Shown piece by piece: positions 34,691-45,380 of a DNA stretch of 64,000 bases. Under the pieces are notes generated by a model. It was not told the DNA's origin and searched no databases. It saw only the letters and a program-made list of their open reading frames with translations. Location: sequence record MH383160.1. One strand, written 5' to 3'. Each line of letters opens with the position of its first letter. Within the stretch, counting starts at the first letter, position 1. Position numbers and translations under genes: made by a program.

Positions 34691-37009
34691 TTAGATTTTA
34701 CAACTATCACAATCACCTTCATCCAAATCAGGAAGTGATGGTAATACAAATTGTCCAGATTCTGGTTTGGCAGCTTCTTTCAGTACTTTTTCAACGTCTA
34801 CTTCATCTGAACCATCATTTGTATTATGATAATAAAGATTTTTCAAACCAACTTTATATGCATACATAAGTTCAGTTAGAAGAGTTGACATTGGCAACTT
34901 ACCATCAGGGAAGTGTATTGGGTTATAACTAGTATTAACACTGATACTTTGGTCAATGTATTTTTGTAGAACACCACAGATTTGTAGATAACCAATGTTA
35001 TCTTTCTGATCCCATAGTAAATCATATTTGTTTTTCAACTTATTGATTTCTGGAACTACTTGTTTAAGAATACCATCCTTAGATAGTTTCTTCGTTACAA
35101 GAGAACGTGGCTTTTCAATACCGTTAGTACTGTTACTGATTTGTGCACTTGTTTCTGCTGGCATTAATGCCATTGTTGTTGCGTTACGAATACCATATTC
35201 TTTGATATCGGCACGTAAGGATTCCCAATCTTGTTTTAGTTCTTTAGTTACTAATTCATCAATGTCCGATTTATAAGTATCGATTGGAAGGATACCTTTG
35301 GCATATTTTAGATTATCAAATCCTTCACACTTACCTTTCTCTTTAGCAAGCTGTACAGAAGATTTAATTAGATAGTAAGACCATGCTTCAGCCCACTCGT
35401 TAACTGTTTCTAGTGCTGCTTCATTATAACGTAAACCACGTTTAGCAAGGAAGTATGCAAAGTTAATAATACCAACACCTAGTGGACGATACATTTTTGT
35501 TGCTCGGTCAGCATGAACTACTGGGTAGTCTTGATAGTCCAATAGTGAATCAAGAGCACGAACAGAAAGATCACACGCAGTTTCCATATCTTCTGGTTTA
35601 TCAAAGTTACCCCAGTTAATTGCACTCAAAGTACATAGGCTAATCAAACCTTCACCAGTATTAATATCATCAAATGGCACAGATGGTAGTGCGATTTCTT
35701 GACACAAGTTGGATTGTTCGATTGGAGCAATTGATTCAATAAATGTTGAGTGAGTGTTTGCATGGTCAATATTTTGAATATAGATACGACCAGTTTCTGC
35801 ACGTTCAGTCATTAGAGTACTGAATACTTCCACAGCAGGAACGGATTTTTTACGGATGCTTTGGTCAGCTTCGTATTTTTTATATAGTTTTTCAAATTCT
35901 TTTTGGTCAGAACAAAATGCTTCATATAGCCCAGGGACTTCATTAGGACTAAAGAATGTAATATTCTTTCCATCAACCAAACGTTGATATAAAGTTTTGT
36001 TTACTTGGAAACAATAGTCTAGTTGACGTACACGGTTAAACTCTGTACCTTTGTTATTTTTAAGTACAACTAGGTTATCAAATTCCAAATGCCACAATGG
36101 AAAGTGAACAGTTGCTGCACCACCACGTACACCACCCTGTGAGCAGCTTTTAACGGTCTTAGCAGTTGCTGCGATAAAAGGAATCAACCCAGTATGTACT
36201 GCATCACCTGAACGAATCTCAGAGTCTAGAGCACGAATGCGGCCCATATTAATACCTAGTCCAGCTTTGCGTGAGATATAACGTAGAATAGCGTGATTTG
36301 ATGAACCAATGCTATCTAAACTATCACCAACGTTCAGTACTACACAAGAACTAAACTGACGTGTATTAGTACGTAGACCTGCCATAATAGGTGTTGGAAG
36401 ACTGATGTCAAAATTACTTACTGCGTCATAAAACTTTTTAACATATGACATACGTACAGAACGATCATACTCCATAAAGATGATTGCTGCAATAGTCATA
36501 TATGCCATTTGTGGGGTTTCATAAATTTTCTTAGTGACTCGGTTTTTATAAAGATACTTTCCTTCCCACTGACGCATAGCAACATAAGTAAATTTGTCGT
36601 CACGCTTATGTTTGATATAACGCCCAAGCTCTTCTATTTCTTGAAGAGTATATTTCTCCAAAATTTCAGGATCATATATTTTAGTATCTACCATTTCTTG
36701 AAGATGAGCAGTATACTTAATTGGGTCATACTGTCCATATACTTGCTTACGAATACTATAGTTTAATAATCTTCCAGCAACGTATTGATAGTTAGGTGTA
36801 TCTTCAGAAATAAGTTCTGCTGCTGCTTTTATTAGAATATCATGAATAGTACTGGTTTCAATACCTTCATAAAACTGAAGCTGTGCTCGGATTTCAATTT
36901 CAGAAACTGAAATACCACTTAAACCTTCAGCAGCGAAAAATAAAATTTGATGGATCTTATCCAATGATAACGGCTCTTTCATTCCATTACGCTTGGTTAC
37001 GTTAATCAT
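34691..37009 (-). CDS. nrdA: ribonucleotide reductase class Ia alpha subunit
   Basis: ATP-cone VTKRNG, QFSSCV, QSNLCQEI, LMPAETS, C-terminal CDSCKI. Confidence 0.97.
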   Translation of the reverse strand: MINVTKRNGMKEPLSLDKIHQILFFAAEGLSGISVSEIEIRAQLQFYEGIETSTIHDILIKAAAELISEDTPNYQYVAGRLLNYSIRKQVYGQYDPIKYTAHLQEMVDTKIYDPEILEKYTLQEIEELGRYIKHKRDDKFTYVAMRQWEGKYLYKNRVTKKIYETPQMAYMTIAAIIFMEYDRSVRMSYVKKFYDAVSNFDISLPTPIMAGLRTNTRQFSSCVVLNVGDSLDSIGSSNHAILRYISRKAGLGINMGRIRALDSEIRSGDAVHTGLIPFIAATAKTVKSCSQGGVRGGAATVHFPLWHLEFDNLVVLKNNKGTEFNRVRQLDYCFQVNKTLYQRLVDGKNITFFSPNEVPGLYEAFCSDQKEFEKLYKKYEADQSIRKKSVPAVEVFSTLMTERAETGRIYIQNIDHANTHSTFIESIAPIEQSNLCQEIALPSVPFDDINTGEGLISLCTLSAINWGNFDKPEDMETACDLSVRALDSLLDYQDYPVVHADRATKMYRPLGVGIINFAYFLAKRGLRYNEAALETVNEWAEAWSYYLIKSSVQLAKEKGKCEGFDNLKYAKGILPIDTYKSDIDELVTKELKQDWESLRADIKEYGIRNATTMALMPAETSAQISNSTNGIEKPRSLVTKKLSKDGILKQVVPEINKLKNKYDLLWDQKDNIGYLQICGVLQKYIDQSISVNTSYNPIHFPDGKLPMSTLLTELMYAYKVGLKNLYYHNTNDGSDEVDVEKVLKEAAKPESGQFVLPSLPDLDEGDCDSCKI

Positions 37010-37072
37010 GTGTCATCCTTGTTTTTTGATGTAAATTTCTTTTTTTAGTGGAAGAAAAAGGCGGGACGCCTT

Positions 37073-37654
37073 TTAAGGTTTGTCCCACCCACGATATACA
37101 AATTCTATATGATATCCTGAATTTAAATAATCCGAGTTAACTATGTTAAATTGCATATTTCCAGTTGTTGAATCATATGCCGGATCTTCAAATGAGATAG
37201 AAATAATTGCGTCAGTTCTATTTGTATTATTTGACTGTGCAATCATCGTGTTTGTACCAGCAGCTACAATTTGAATAGTTCCTGATTCCAAAACCGTTTC
37301 GGTATCATCATATGCAATATAATCGATGAATACTCTACTTTCACTTTCAAGAATAACTTCTATACTTTCTTGATTTTGTGGAAGATCAACTTTAAACGGT
37401 CTGTTAATTATTTTTGATACCGTTCTCCACGGTGAAAATTCTGTAATTATTTCTACGTTTTCTTTACCTGAATTTGGATCAGTAGTCCAAGTTCTACCTG
37501 CAACTAAGCTGGCGGGGTCAGATGATGATGGAAGGCCAATAAAAACACGACCCACATCAGTACTGAATCCTATCTGACCTTTTTCTAATGCATCAGGTAA
37601 ATCTCTCTGTTTACCAGTTCTTACTTGTTGTAAAGCAATTTGTTGTTGTGCCAT
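37073..37654 (-). CDS. virion structural protein with Mtd-N/fibre-type N-terminal motif
   Basis: QVRTGKQRDLPDALEKGQIGFSTDVGRVFIG; TAAATA at 37684-37689. Confidence 0.55.
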   Translation of the reverse strand: MAQQQIALQQVRTGKQRDLPDALEKGQIGFSTDVGRVFIGLPSSSDPASLVAGRTWTTDPNSGKENVEIITEFSPWRTVSKIINRPFKVDLPQNQESIEVILESESRVFIDYIAYDDTETVLESGTIQIVAAGTNTMIAQSNNTNRTDAIISISFEDPAYDSTTGNMQFNIVNSDYLNSGYHIEFVYRGWDKP

Positions 37655-37682
37655 AAAAACTATCTCCTATAGTATTATAGGA

Positions 37683-38255
37683 TTATTTAGCTTTTTCTTT
37701 AACTTCCGCAATACGCTCATTAATTAGTTGAGATACAACTGAGCTATCTACAGAAGATAAAATTTGTTCTGGTACTAAAGATTTTAAATGTTTAACATAG
37801 TTGGAAACACTTTTAAATTCTTTAGTCTGTAATGCTTCTTTGATAATGTCCAAATCTTCTTTAGATGAAACAACACGCTCAATAACAACTTCATCTTCTT
37901 CCAATTCAGGAGCAAGTTCTTCTGCAATAATTTCAACTTCTTCAGAAACTTTAACTTGTTCTTCACTATCAACAACATACTCTTGGATAACTTCTGGTGG
38001 TACATTGCGTGATACTTCATCAACACTAATATCTTGTGCAATTTGTTCTTTAATTTCTTCAACAGGTTTAGCACCACGTTGTTTATAATCTTTGATATTT
38101 AGAATTAGCTTATTTGATAAATCAAGTTTATCAATCTCTTCTTCACTAAGTTTAATTACTTCTTCTAAATCATAACCTTTACTTACTAGTGCACGAATTG
38201 TATATAGATCTTGTTTCATTTTTTTATGCTGCTCCATTTGATTCAATTTCTCCAC
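37683..38255 (-). CDS. acidic hypothetical protein
   Basis: 190 aa, Glu-rich. Confidence 0.65.
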   Translation of the reverse strand: MEKLNQMEQHKKMKQDLYTIRALVSKGYDLEEVIKLSEEEIDKLDLSNKLILNIKDYKQRGAKPVEEIKEQIAQDISVDEVSRNVPPEVIQEYVVDSEEQVKVSEEVEIIAEELAPELEEDEVVIERVVSSKEDLDIIKEALQTKEFKSVSNYVKHLKSLVPEQILSSVDSSVVSQLINERIAEVKEKAK

Positions 38256-38943
38256 GTAAAATATAGTATTGTTCTACACGTTCAATCCACATATTGACTG
38301 CATCTTTGAAGTCTTGTCCTTCTATGACAAACTCTTGATATTGTAGATTGTTAGGATCTTTTCTTACACAGATGAAAATCACACCACGTTCTATATTAGT
38401 ACCAAACATTTGATTATGGGCTAATGCATATGCTGCAATTTGCATACGATAATTTTCAATTTGTCCCCACTTCTTAACTTTACGGGAATTTTTATAATCC
38501 ATAATGGTTGGGATTCCATCATGAACACCTACTAAATCAGTTGTTCCGGCCCATAAACCTTCATAGTACAATGGGACTTCCTGTCCCCATACTTCATTAA
38601 TTCTAGGCCATGCTTCTTGCTGAATTTTGTCAGCCATTCTACGTGCAAGAACTCGAATTGGCATACCGCCTTCATGGTCTGGCTTTCCTTCCAATCTAAA
38701 TTCCAAGTTCTCATGCATAAAAGTACCAACTGTACATGCTTCTAATGTAATCTCATTAGCCTTTTCTTCACCAACAAATTCTCTCCATTTCTTTAAACCT
38801 TCGTCATTCGAGGTCGCACTTAGAATTGTTGTTACTGACGGCAGATTACCTGTTGGAGTTGAATAAAGGCGACCTTCTGGGCCGCCTTCAATTCTATTGT
38901 AACCAACATATGTATATCTGCTAACAATTGGTGGTGTGTACAT
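38224..38943 (-). CDS. PD-(D/E)xK exonuclease (MGME1/Cas4-like fold)
   Basis: PSVTTIL, GTFMHENLE, AGTTDL, IMDYKNS, QIAAYALA. Confidence 0.85.
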   Translation of the reverse strand: MYTPPIVSRYTYVGYNRIEGGPEGRLYSTPTGNLPSVTTILSATSNDEGLKKWREFVGEEKANEITLEACTVGTFMHENLEFRLEGKPDHEGGMPIRVLARRMADKIQQEAWPRINEVWGQEVPLYYEGLWAGTTDLVGVHDGIPTIMDYKNSRKVKKWGQIENYRMQIAAYALAHNQMFGTNIERGVIFICVRKDPNNLQYQEFVIEGQDFKDAVNMWIERVEQYYILRGEIESNGAA

Positions 38944-38956
38944 CCGTGTACTCCTA

Positions 38957-38985
38957 ATTATAGCATTATATTTTAATTTGTCTCA
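38957..38985 (-). promoter_or_regulatory. putative middle promoter TGAGAC-N17-TATAAT
   Basis: recurrent motif, directly upstream of AGGAG RBS. Confidence 0.65.
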
Positions 38986-39318
38986 GTTTTTTTGTTTATT
39001 TGCTGTCACAGCAGCTTTTGTGGCCCAATCTTCAACTTGCTCTTCAGAATCTTGCTCGACTTCTTCTGAACCTTCTGCTGAATTTCCTGCAAAAGTTACA
39101 ACATCAGAATTAGCATCCTGTACAAAAGGAAGGGAATTCAAAATGTCCATCATTACATTGTATGGAACATCGATGTTGGTTCTCTTTTTAATTTCAGAAA
39201 TCAAAGATTGAACATTTACTTCTTCTCGACCCGTGGACACTAAAGACAACGCAATAGTAGTAATCATATTGCGTATATCTTTACCAGGAGCCTCTTCAGT
39301 AAGATCACGAAATCTCAT
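38983..39318 (-). CDS. conserved probable head/virion protein
   Basis: 111 aa, starts MRFRDLTEE; late cluster. Confidence 0.6.
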   Translation of the reverse strand: MRFRDLTEEAPGKDIRNMITTIALSLVSTGREEVNVQSLISEIKKRTNIDVPYNVMMDILNSLPFVQDANSDVVTFAGNSAEGSEEVEQDSEEQVEDWATKAAVTANKQKN

Positions 39319-39334
39319 GTAGAATTGTCCTTAA

Positions 39335-39967
39335 TTATTTTTTAACGTATCCTAGAACACGTTTAACTTTCTTTTCATTCTCAGAAAGCCATGTTTTCAT
39401 TTCTTCTTTTGAACTAAAGTATTTAGTACCCACAGTTCCGCGAATACTTTCCATTTTTACACCAACTTTACTTGGTTTAACAGATTCTTTCATTTCACGT
39501 TCAGTTGGTACTGGCTCAGAGATAATGTCTTCTTCAAAGTCTGCGTCTGCATCCATATCAAAAGTTGGGGTATCTGCTGCAATATCAATATCAACATCTT
39601 CACTTCCAATATCAGAAACATCTGGACCGTCAGTGATATCACCAGTTAGTTTAAGTGTTTCAGTACTGATTTTGTCTTTTACATCCATTAAGGTAGTAAC
39701 TGCATGTTGTAGTAGATGGCGAACATTATCACTAAAATTTTGTGCAGCATCTAGACCTTGCTCGGCTTTAATACGGTCAAGTAGTGGGCCTAGTACGTCA
39801 ACACCCATGTTGTTAATAACCTCAGATTGACGTTGGAGTTTATCCACAATCTCACCTTTTACTGAAAGAACAATTTCTGCTTTTTCAATATTAGATTCAT
39901 TTAGTTGAATAAACTTCATAGCTTCTGCACGAGAAGCTGCTTCCATTAGTTTTTTATATTTTGACAT
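39335..39967 (-). CDS. probable prohead core/scaffold-type protein
   Basis: acidic, LNES and MKES motifs; TAAATA at 39997-40002. Confidence 0.55.
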   Translation of the reverse strand: MSKYKKLMEAASRAEAMKFIQLNESNIEKAEIVLSVKGEIVDKLQRQSEVINNMGVDVLGPLLDRIKAEQGLDAAQNFSDNVRHLLQHAVTTLMDVKDKISTETLKLTGDITDGPDVSDIGSEDVDIDIAADTPTFDMDADADFEEDIISEPVPTEREMKESVKPSKVGVKMESIRGTVGTKYFSSKEEMKTWLSENEKKVKRVLGYVKK

Positions 39968-39999
39968 TTGTATTTCCTTATAAAATATCACTCATTTAT

Positions 40000-40677
40000 T
40001 TACTTTATATAACCTTCGCCTTTTAGAAAGTTTAATACACGCTCTTTTAATTTATACGCTTCAGCTTTCTTTTCTGCAATAATTATATCTAAATCTTTTG
40101 CTTCATCATACTTCGATTCATTAAGTACGCGTTGACGTTTCTGGGCTGCTTTCAATGCTTCACTAATCACATTCGTGTATTGAAGACCCGAACTGATTAT
40201 ACCAAGTACTTTTGCATCTGTCAACATTCTTCCTTCATTGAGAAGATTAACTAATGTAAGTGCTGCTTCATACATCATAATATTATTCATAATAATTTGT
40301 GAACTATGATTACACTTAATGCTATAAACTTTAGTAGATTTAGTACCTTGTACTTTTTCTTCCACTAAACTCCAATTAGTTTTTGGTTTAGCTGGAGTTC
40401 GTTGAACTACAGGTTGTACTGATTGATGTCCAAGCATATGTTCGTTGTATGGTGCATAGTATGGAACAACTTGTGGGTGTTGTTGCTCTGGGTCAACCCC
40501 ATAATCCATACCTGCTTCATTTAATGAAGTTAAAATAGAAGCCATAGCACCGATATCACCACCAGTTTTATATGGAACTCCCGATGCGTTATGTGTTTCA
40601 CCAGCTTCAATGTCATTCAATCCACTTAACAAATCAGCCATCTGATTAACTGATTGTTGATCATATTCGTAATTCAT
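40000..40677 (-). CDS. probable virion protein
   Basis: 225 aa with repeated LNE motifs. Confidence 0.6.
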   Translation of the reverse strand: MNYEYDQQSVNQMADLLSGLNDIEAGETHNASGVPYKTGGDIGAMASILTSLNEAGMDYGVDPEQQHPQVVPYYAPYNEHMLGHQSVQPVVQRTPAKPKTNWSLVEEKVQGTKSTKVYSIKCNHSSQIIMNNIMMYEAALTLVNLLNEGRMLTDAKVLGIISSGLQYTNVISEALKAAQKRQRVLNESKYDEAKDLDIIIAEKKAEAYKLKERVLNFLKGEGYIK

Positions 40678-40892
40678 TTACTACTCCTAACTGTTTGGTA
40701 AGATTCAGTACCGTCATCATTTTCTATTTTATTTAGAACACCACGTGATACCATCTTATCAGCTAATTCCTGATAATATTCATTTACCTTTTCAACTGGA
40801 ACAGTACCGCGTGCTTTTATCTTTTGTAATAGTTTATATTCTTCATTAGAAACCATTGTATTGTGACCATGCACATTTAGTACTGTTCTCAT
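40674..40892 (-). CDS. small conserved protein
   Basis: 72 aa, translationally coupled. Confidence 0.6.
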   Translation of the reverse strand: MRTVLNVHGHNTMVSNEEYKLLQKIKARGTVPVEKVNEYYQELADKMVSRGVLNKIENDDGTESYQTVRSSK

Positions 40893-41836
40893 TAACGACC
40901 TCGCATACGATGACAGAAATCGATAATTTGGTCTACCATGTCATCATTATCAGATTGTGATGTGTTTGCCATAACACTTTCATCACCATAGATATCGTCT
41001 TCTTTTTCAATATCAGAAATTGCATGTATCATTTCGCCCATACCAGGTGCATGATGTGACAATGGTGATGGTGTATCAGGATTACTATCAGGCTCTAAAC
41101 TGGAATTAGCCATAAGTTCACTGTTAATTTCTTGTGGAGATTTTTCTTCTCGAATTGGATTATTTTGATTATCAATAGGATTAACATCACTCAAAGGAAA
41201 AACGTTCAACTCATTTGGCTTGGTCCCACTTTTAGTAATAACTAATGATTGCTCCGGTGTTTGTCCTGGGTCAACACCAACTACAGGTTCAACCGAATCT
41301 GTCCCGCTTTGTGTACCAGGAACACTAACTTTCATATTATTAGCATTTCTTTGCAACTCAGCTTGTTTCATTTTAGCTTGAGATTGTGGATTGACTTGTT
41401 GTTGACCCTGAGAAACATTCATTTTAGCAATTTGTTTTGCTTGCATTTGTGTGGCTTGATTTTGTAAATCTTCAAATACAATTGCTTTTAATTCTTGTGT
41501 GGTTAGTTTTGTTATATCTGAATATGTATAATTTTTATGATACTCTTCTGCTAATTGCTTTAGTGACATTGAATCAACAATACTATGAAGTTCAGTACTT
41601 TCATTAATATGTTTGTTAACATTTTTAGTACTAAAATAATTATAACATTCACTCATCTGTGCTTTGTATTTTTGTAAAATTTGGAATATTTCACGATTGT
41701 CAGAATTATCAATCGCAGAATTTAAAGTAATAAAATCACCTGCATCCATATTATCAAGAATAACAGAAACATCAACATTCAAATTATGTGCATCTGCGAA
41801 CTTTTGAAGTTCAGTTGCTGTTTGGTTTATATCCAT
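40892..41836 (-). CDS. probable virion protein
   Basis: Gln/Ser/Pro-rich; GGAG RBS at revised start; TAAATA at 41881-41886. Confidence 0.6.
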   Translation of the reverse strand: MDINQTATELQKFADAHNLNVDVSVILDNMDAGDFITLNSAIDNSDNREIFQILQKYKAQMSECYNYFSTKNVNKHINESTELHSIVDSMSLKQLAEEYHKNYTYSDITKLTTQELKAIVFEDLQNQATQMQAKQIAKMNVSQGQQQVNPQSQAKMKQAELQRNANNMKVSVPGTQSGTDSVEPVVGVDPGQTPEQSLVITKSGTKPNELNVFPLSDVNPIDNQNNPIREEKSPQEINSELMANSSLEPDSNPDTPSPLSHHAPGMGEMIHAISDIEKEDDIYGDESVMANTSQSDNDDMVDQIIDFCHRMRGR

Positions 41837-41892
41837 AATTTCTCCATATAAAATAAAAAGACCTCTGTCTTGCTTTATGATATTTATCACAA

Positions 41893-42285
41893 TTAAGAAA
41901 AGGTCTGTTTGCTGATGCTAATGTTAATATCATCACCAGATGTGATAAATTTTGTTATTCGTTTTCCATTTAATTCGGTTGGTAGAACCAATGGTATACC
42001 ATTCAAACGAAGTTCGACATCCATTGGTAATGCGAATTTGAATGTGCTTATGGTACATTTTCCCCAAGAAATTGGCATGTTATAAAAAGATGAATTATTA
42101 TCTTTATATAAATCGACTTCATTTTTAACAACGCTTACCATCATTGGATAGTCATATACCATAATAGCTTCCAACAACCTAGACAAGTTCATAGCACCAG
42201 TGAACTTAGAATCTATGATTGTTGGGGTTTTACCATCACCAATATCTACTACAGTGTGAATTGTGTAGAATGTATATGGTTTCAT
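41893..42285 (-). CDS. probable virion protein, distant paralogue of 60842/61456 products
   Basis: MNLSRLLEAIMVYDYPMMVSV...TFKF pattern. Confidence 0.5.
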   Translation of the reverse strand: MKPYTFYTIHTVVDIGDGKTPTIIDSKFTGAMNLSRLLEAIMVYDYPMMVSVVKNEVDLYKDNNSSFYNMPISWGKCTISTFKFALPMDVELRLNGIPLVLPTELNGKRITKFITSGDDINISISKQTFS

Positions 42286-42446
42286 TCTTTGTCCTTATCT
42301 TTTTTCTCTACGACTTTGTATCCAAAGAAGTTAGTAGGAGGCAATCTACGATGTAATGGATAATGTAAACCAGTACTGACTGATGCAATAGCACCTGCTG
42401 AAGTAGCTCCAGAAGATGCATTTTCTTTGATATTCTTTTTCTTCAT
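42282..42446 (-). CDS. small protein with ENASSGATSAGAIA motif
   Basis: AGGA RBS; IKE motif then low-complexity Ala/Ser. Confidence 0.55.
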   Translation of the reverse strand: MKKKNIKENASSGATSAGAIASVSTGLHYPLHRRLPPTNFFGYKVVEKKDKDKE

Positions 42447-42447
42447 A

Positions 42448-42720
42448 TTAATTTCCTTTATTACGTTTTTCATCAAGTGCTATATTCTCTAACCCTTTTT
42501 GAAACTTTTTATAATCTCGGTTTTTTATACTTAGAAATAAGCGTTTTTTTAAATCTTCAGCATCAGTTTGGTTAAACTCATCTTCAATGCTCTCCAATAA
42601 ATGAATCACAGAGTTTATTGCGTGGTCGGCACGATTACTAAAACTCTGTAATGTATCTTTCTCTGGCGTATAGTCAACTATACTATCAAGTAGATTCTTT
42701 TTATTGGATTTACTAGACAT
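42448..42720 (-). CDS. conserved hypothetical protein
   Basis: 90 aa, helical. Confidence 0.65.
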   Translation of the reverse strand: MSSKSNKKNLLDSIVDYTPEKDTLQSFSNRADHAINSVIHLLESIEDEFNQTDAEDLKKRLFLSIKNRDYKKFQKGLENIALDEKRNKGN

Positions 42721-42723
42721 TTA

Positions 42724-44244
42724 TCATTTCCTTTGATTTAACCATTGCTTCATTGCATGAACACGATCAGTACCAGCATGTGTCTGTGGATTCTGTATTT
42801 CGTTTTGTGTCGTAGAGTTAGGAGCACTATCAGTATTTAGTGTTACTGTATTGTCAGGTTGCACAGATGGCGATTTAGCTGCACCAGAAAGCGTATGACG
42901 TAATGTTTGCATAGTGCTGGGTGGTAACGCCATGTTCCCTCCACCAATCTTAGAAACACCGCTGTGACGGAATCCATTACCTTCGGTTTCCATTTGTTGT
43001 ACTGTAGTTGCGTGGTCAAGAACTCTCAATGAATCAATATCATACGACATACGCAAACGGGAACCTACTGCACTACTGTTACGTGTTTTTTGGAAATCAA
43101 ACCATAGTTCGCCAGTTTCTTTTCGTGCCTCAATATAAATTACGTTATCAGCAGTATAAATTTTTGAAATACCACCAGCAATCTGACTTTGACTTTTCTT
43201 ATCTTCGTCCATACCACTACGGTTAAACTGAGATGCAGTGAAAACAGTCAAATCCATTTTGGATGCAAGAGCACGTAATTCTTCTGATACAAATTTATCT
43301 TTAGTAAATGTATTGGATTTATCATTTGGTCCAAGACGATTAGAAGTTAATAGATCCAAATAGTCCACGCATACATAATCAAGTTTGATTTCCATCTTAA
43401 TTTGTAATTCACGTAGATAACTTTCAATATCGTCAGTGGTTGTTACAGATTCAGGTAAGCGTTTAATACGCAACATACCACTGTTTTTACCTTCAACTTT
43501 AACAGCAAATCCAATCTTTTCAGCTTCATTTTTTACGTTACTGAGTTTTGATTCAGTCATCATACCATAGATACGAACAGCAACCAACTCTTCAGCTAGT
43601 TCAAGTGAAATGTATGCACCATTCATTCCAGCTTTCGCAAAGTTAACTGCTAAATTTTGCAGTACTACTGATTTACCACCACCTGATGCAGCAGCAAAGA
43701 TCTCTAACTCTCTACGCCCAAATCCACCGAAAAGTTTGTAATCAAGAGTTTCCCAACCACTCTTAAATGATCCTTGCATTGTACTGAGTGAGCGGATTGT
43801 ATCTTCAGGGTTTTCAAAAATATCCAAACCTAACTCATTCTGTACCGTTACCAACATTGCTTCTCGGATTAGTTCTTCGATTCCACCATATTTTTTCTGA
43901 TGGACAAGTTCCATTCCTTTTTCAACGGCTAAAGCTAATGCTTTATGGCGACAAAATTCACCACAGGTATCAAGTACTGATTGTTTATGTAATTCTTGAA
44001 CTTCATATTGATCGTATTGATAACCACCTTTAACTTCAATATCTTTCAAAGTAGGTGATGAACTATATTTTGCAGCATAATCATGCACGTATTGAATACT
44101 TTCATGAAATGTTTTATCAAAATATTCTGGTTTAAGGATATTTTTACAACGTACATATAAATCAGGATTACTGAAAATCTGAGATAATAAGTATTGTTGT
44201 GCATTAATCCCATATTGTTTCACATCCACTGTGCTTTGAATCAT
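42724..44244 (-). CDS. 41: replicative DnaB-like helicase (T4 gp41)
   Basis: AASGGGKS, ISLEL, VCVDYLDL, TASQFNR, KTRNS. Confidence 0.93.
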   Translation of the reverse strand: MIQSTVDVKQYGINAQQYLLSQIFSNPDLYVRCKNILKPEYFDKTFHESIQYVHDYAAKYSSSPTLKDIEVKGGYQYDQYEVQELHKQSVLDTCGEFCRHKALALAVEKGMELVHQKKYGGIEELIREAMLVTVQNELGLDIFENPEDTIRSLSTMQGSFKSGWETLDYKLFGGFGRRELEIFAAASGGGKSVVLQNLAVNFAKAGMNGAYISLELAEELVAVRIYGMMTESKLSNVKNEAEKIGFAVKVEGKNSGMLRIKRLPESVTTTDDIESYLRELQIKMEIKLDYVCVDYLDLLTSNRLGPNDKSNTFTKDKFVSEELRALASKMDLTVFTASQFNRSGMDEDKKSQSQIAGGISKIYTADNVIYIEARKETGELWFDFQKTRNSSAVGSRLRMSYDIDSLRVLDHATTVQQMETEGNGFRHSGVSKIGGGNMALPPSTMQTLRHTLSGAAKSPSVQPDNTVTLNTDSAPNSTTQNEIQNPQTHAGTDRVHAMKQWLNQRK

Positions 44245-44266
44245 CTATGTTCCCTCATTATATGTA

Positions 44267-45322
44267 TTACATCCATTTATCCGTTTGAGCTTTAATATAA
44301 AATGGCTCATCTACTATACTATCATGTATTAATTGTAAACAAAATAACCTACCAAATCGTGCACAAGCTTCTTCAAAGTCCTTGATATGACGTATTGTAC
44401 TACCTTCTCTTACAGCACCAAAGTCTGGGAAGGAAACACTGAATCCATTTTCAAGTGCTTGGTCTATAGTTATTAATCCATCTTTATCTCTATCTGGAAC
44501 AATAACTATTTTTTTACCTTTTTGCTGTGCATCTTTTAATACATCAATCTGTACATTTGATAATTTAAAGTTATTAGCAGATACACCACCCATTAATGCT
44601 GCGTCTAACGGACCCTCACATACTAAAATTGTTTTTATTCGTTCATCTTTTAATAAATCATAGTTATATAGTATATTAGTACTTACTTGATTTATGAACC
44701 TGTATGTACTTCCAGGATCTTTTAATTTATGTCGTGCAGTATAACCAATAATTTTACCATTCATGAAATATGGAATAATAAATCTGTCATACATTTTATG
44801 TTCTTTATTAGGTGACCAATATAATTCTAAGTCTAACAGATATGGGTTTCTTTCATTGACATTATGCAAAACACTTATAAATTCTTGTGGAATTTTATCT
44901 TCAGGTAAAGAAGCCCATTCCCAAAATGTTTTTGCATTTGATGGCAAATCACGTACTGTTACTCGGTCATACAATTTTGATGCAACAGTTTCTTGTGCAG
45001 CAAAATCACCGCTGTCAACCATTTCTTTAATATAAAACTTAACTAATTCTATTTCTTTATCTTGTGCACCAAAAGAAATGAGCAAAGACTCCATATCTTT
45101 GCTCATATATTTTCCTGGTTGCCAACCAGTTTTTAAACTACAGTTAAAGCAGTTATATGAAACGGAACCATCTGCATTGAACATATGATTACCACGGTGC
45201 TTTGTATCCGGCCTTGAATGTCCTCTGAACACACAAGCTGGACAGTTGTGTTGTGACCATGTACCAATCGCAGGTACTGGATCATTCATAATTTGTGCCA
45301 TTATGTTTTGTACAGCGTTCAT
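44267..45322 (-). CDS. 61: DNA primase (T4 gp61-like)
   Basis: Zn ribbon CPAC...CFNC; TOPRIM VCEGPLDA and VPDRDKDG. Confidence 0.9.
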   Translation of the reverse strand: MNAVQNIMAQIMNDPVPAIGTWSQHNCPACVFRGHSRPDTKHRGNHMFNADGSVSYNCFNCSLKTGWQPGKYMSKDMESLLISFGAQDKEIELVKFYIKEMVDSGDFAAQETVASKLYDRVTVRDLPSNAKTFWEWASLPEDKIPQEFISVLHNVNERNPYLLDLELYWSPNKEHKMYDRFIIPYFMNGKIIGYTARHKLKDPGSTYRFINQVSTNILYNYDLLKDERIKTILVCEGPLDAALMGGVSANNFKLSNVQIDVLKDAQQKGKKIVIVPDRDKDGLITIDQALENGFSVSFPDFGAVREGSTIRHIKDFEEACARFGRLFCLQLIHDSIVDEPFYIKAQTDKWM

Positions 45323-45351
45323 AAGTTAATCCTTGTCTTTTCTTACAAATG

Positions 45352-45380
45352 ATTATAGCACACCTTCTAGTTTTGTCTCA
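45352..45380 (-). promoter_or_regulatory. putative middle promoter TGAGAC-N17-TATAAT (TGTGCTATAAT)
   Basis: recurrent motif upstream of primase-helicase. Confidence 0.65.

Noticed and set aside
38224-38943. Cas4-like nuclease as a sign of a CRISPR system
   Set aside because: No repeat-spacer array or other cas genes; stand-alone PD-(D/E)xK exonucleases are common in phages.
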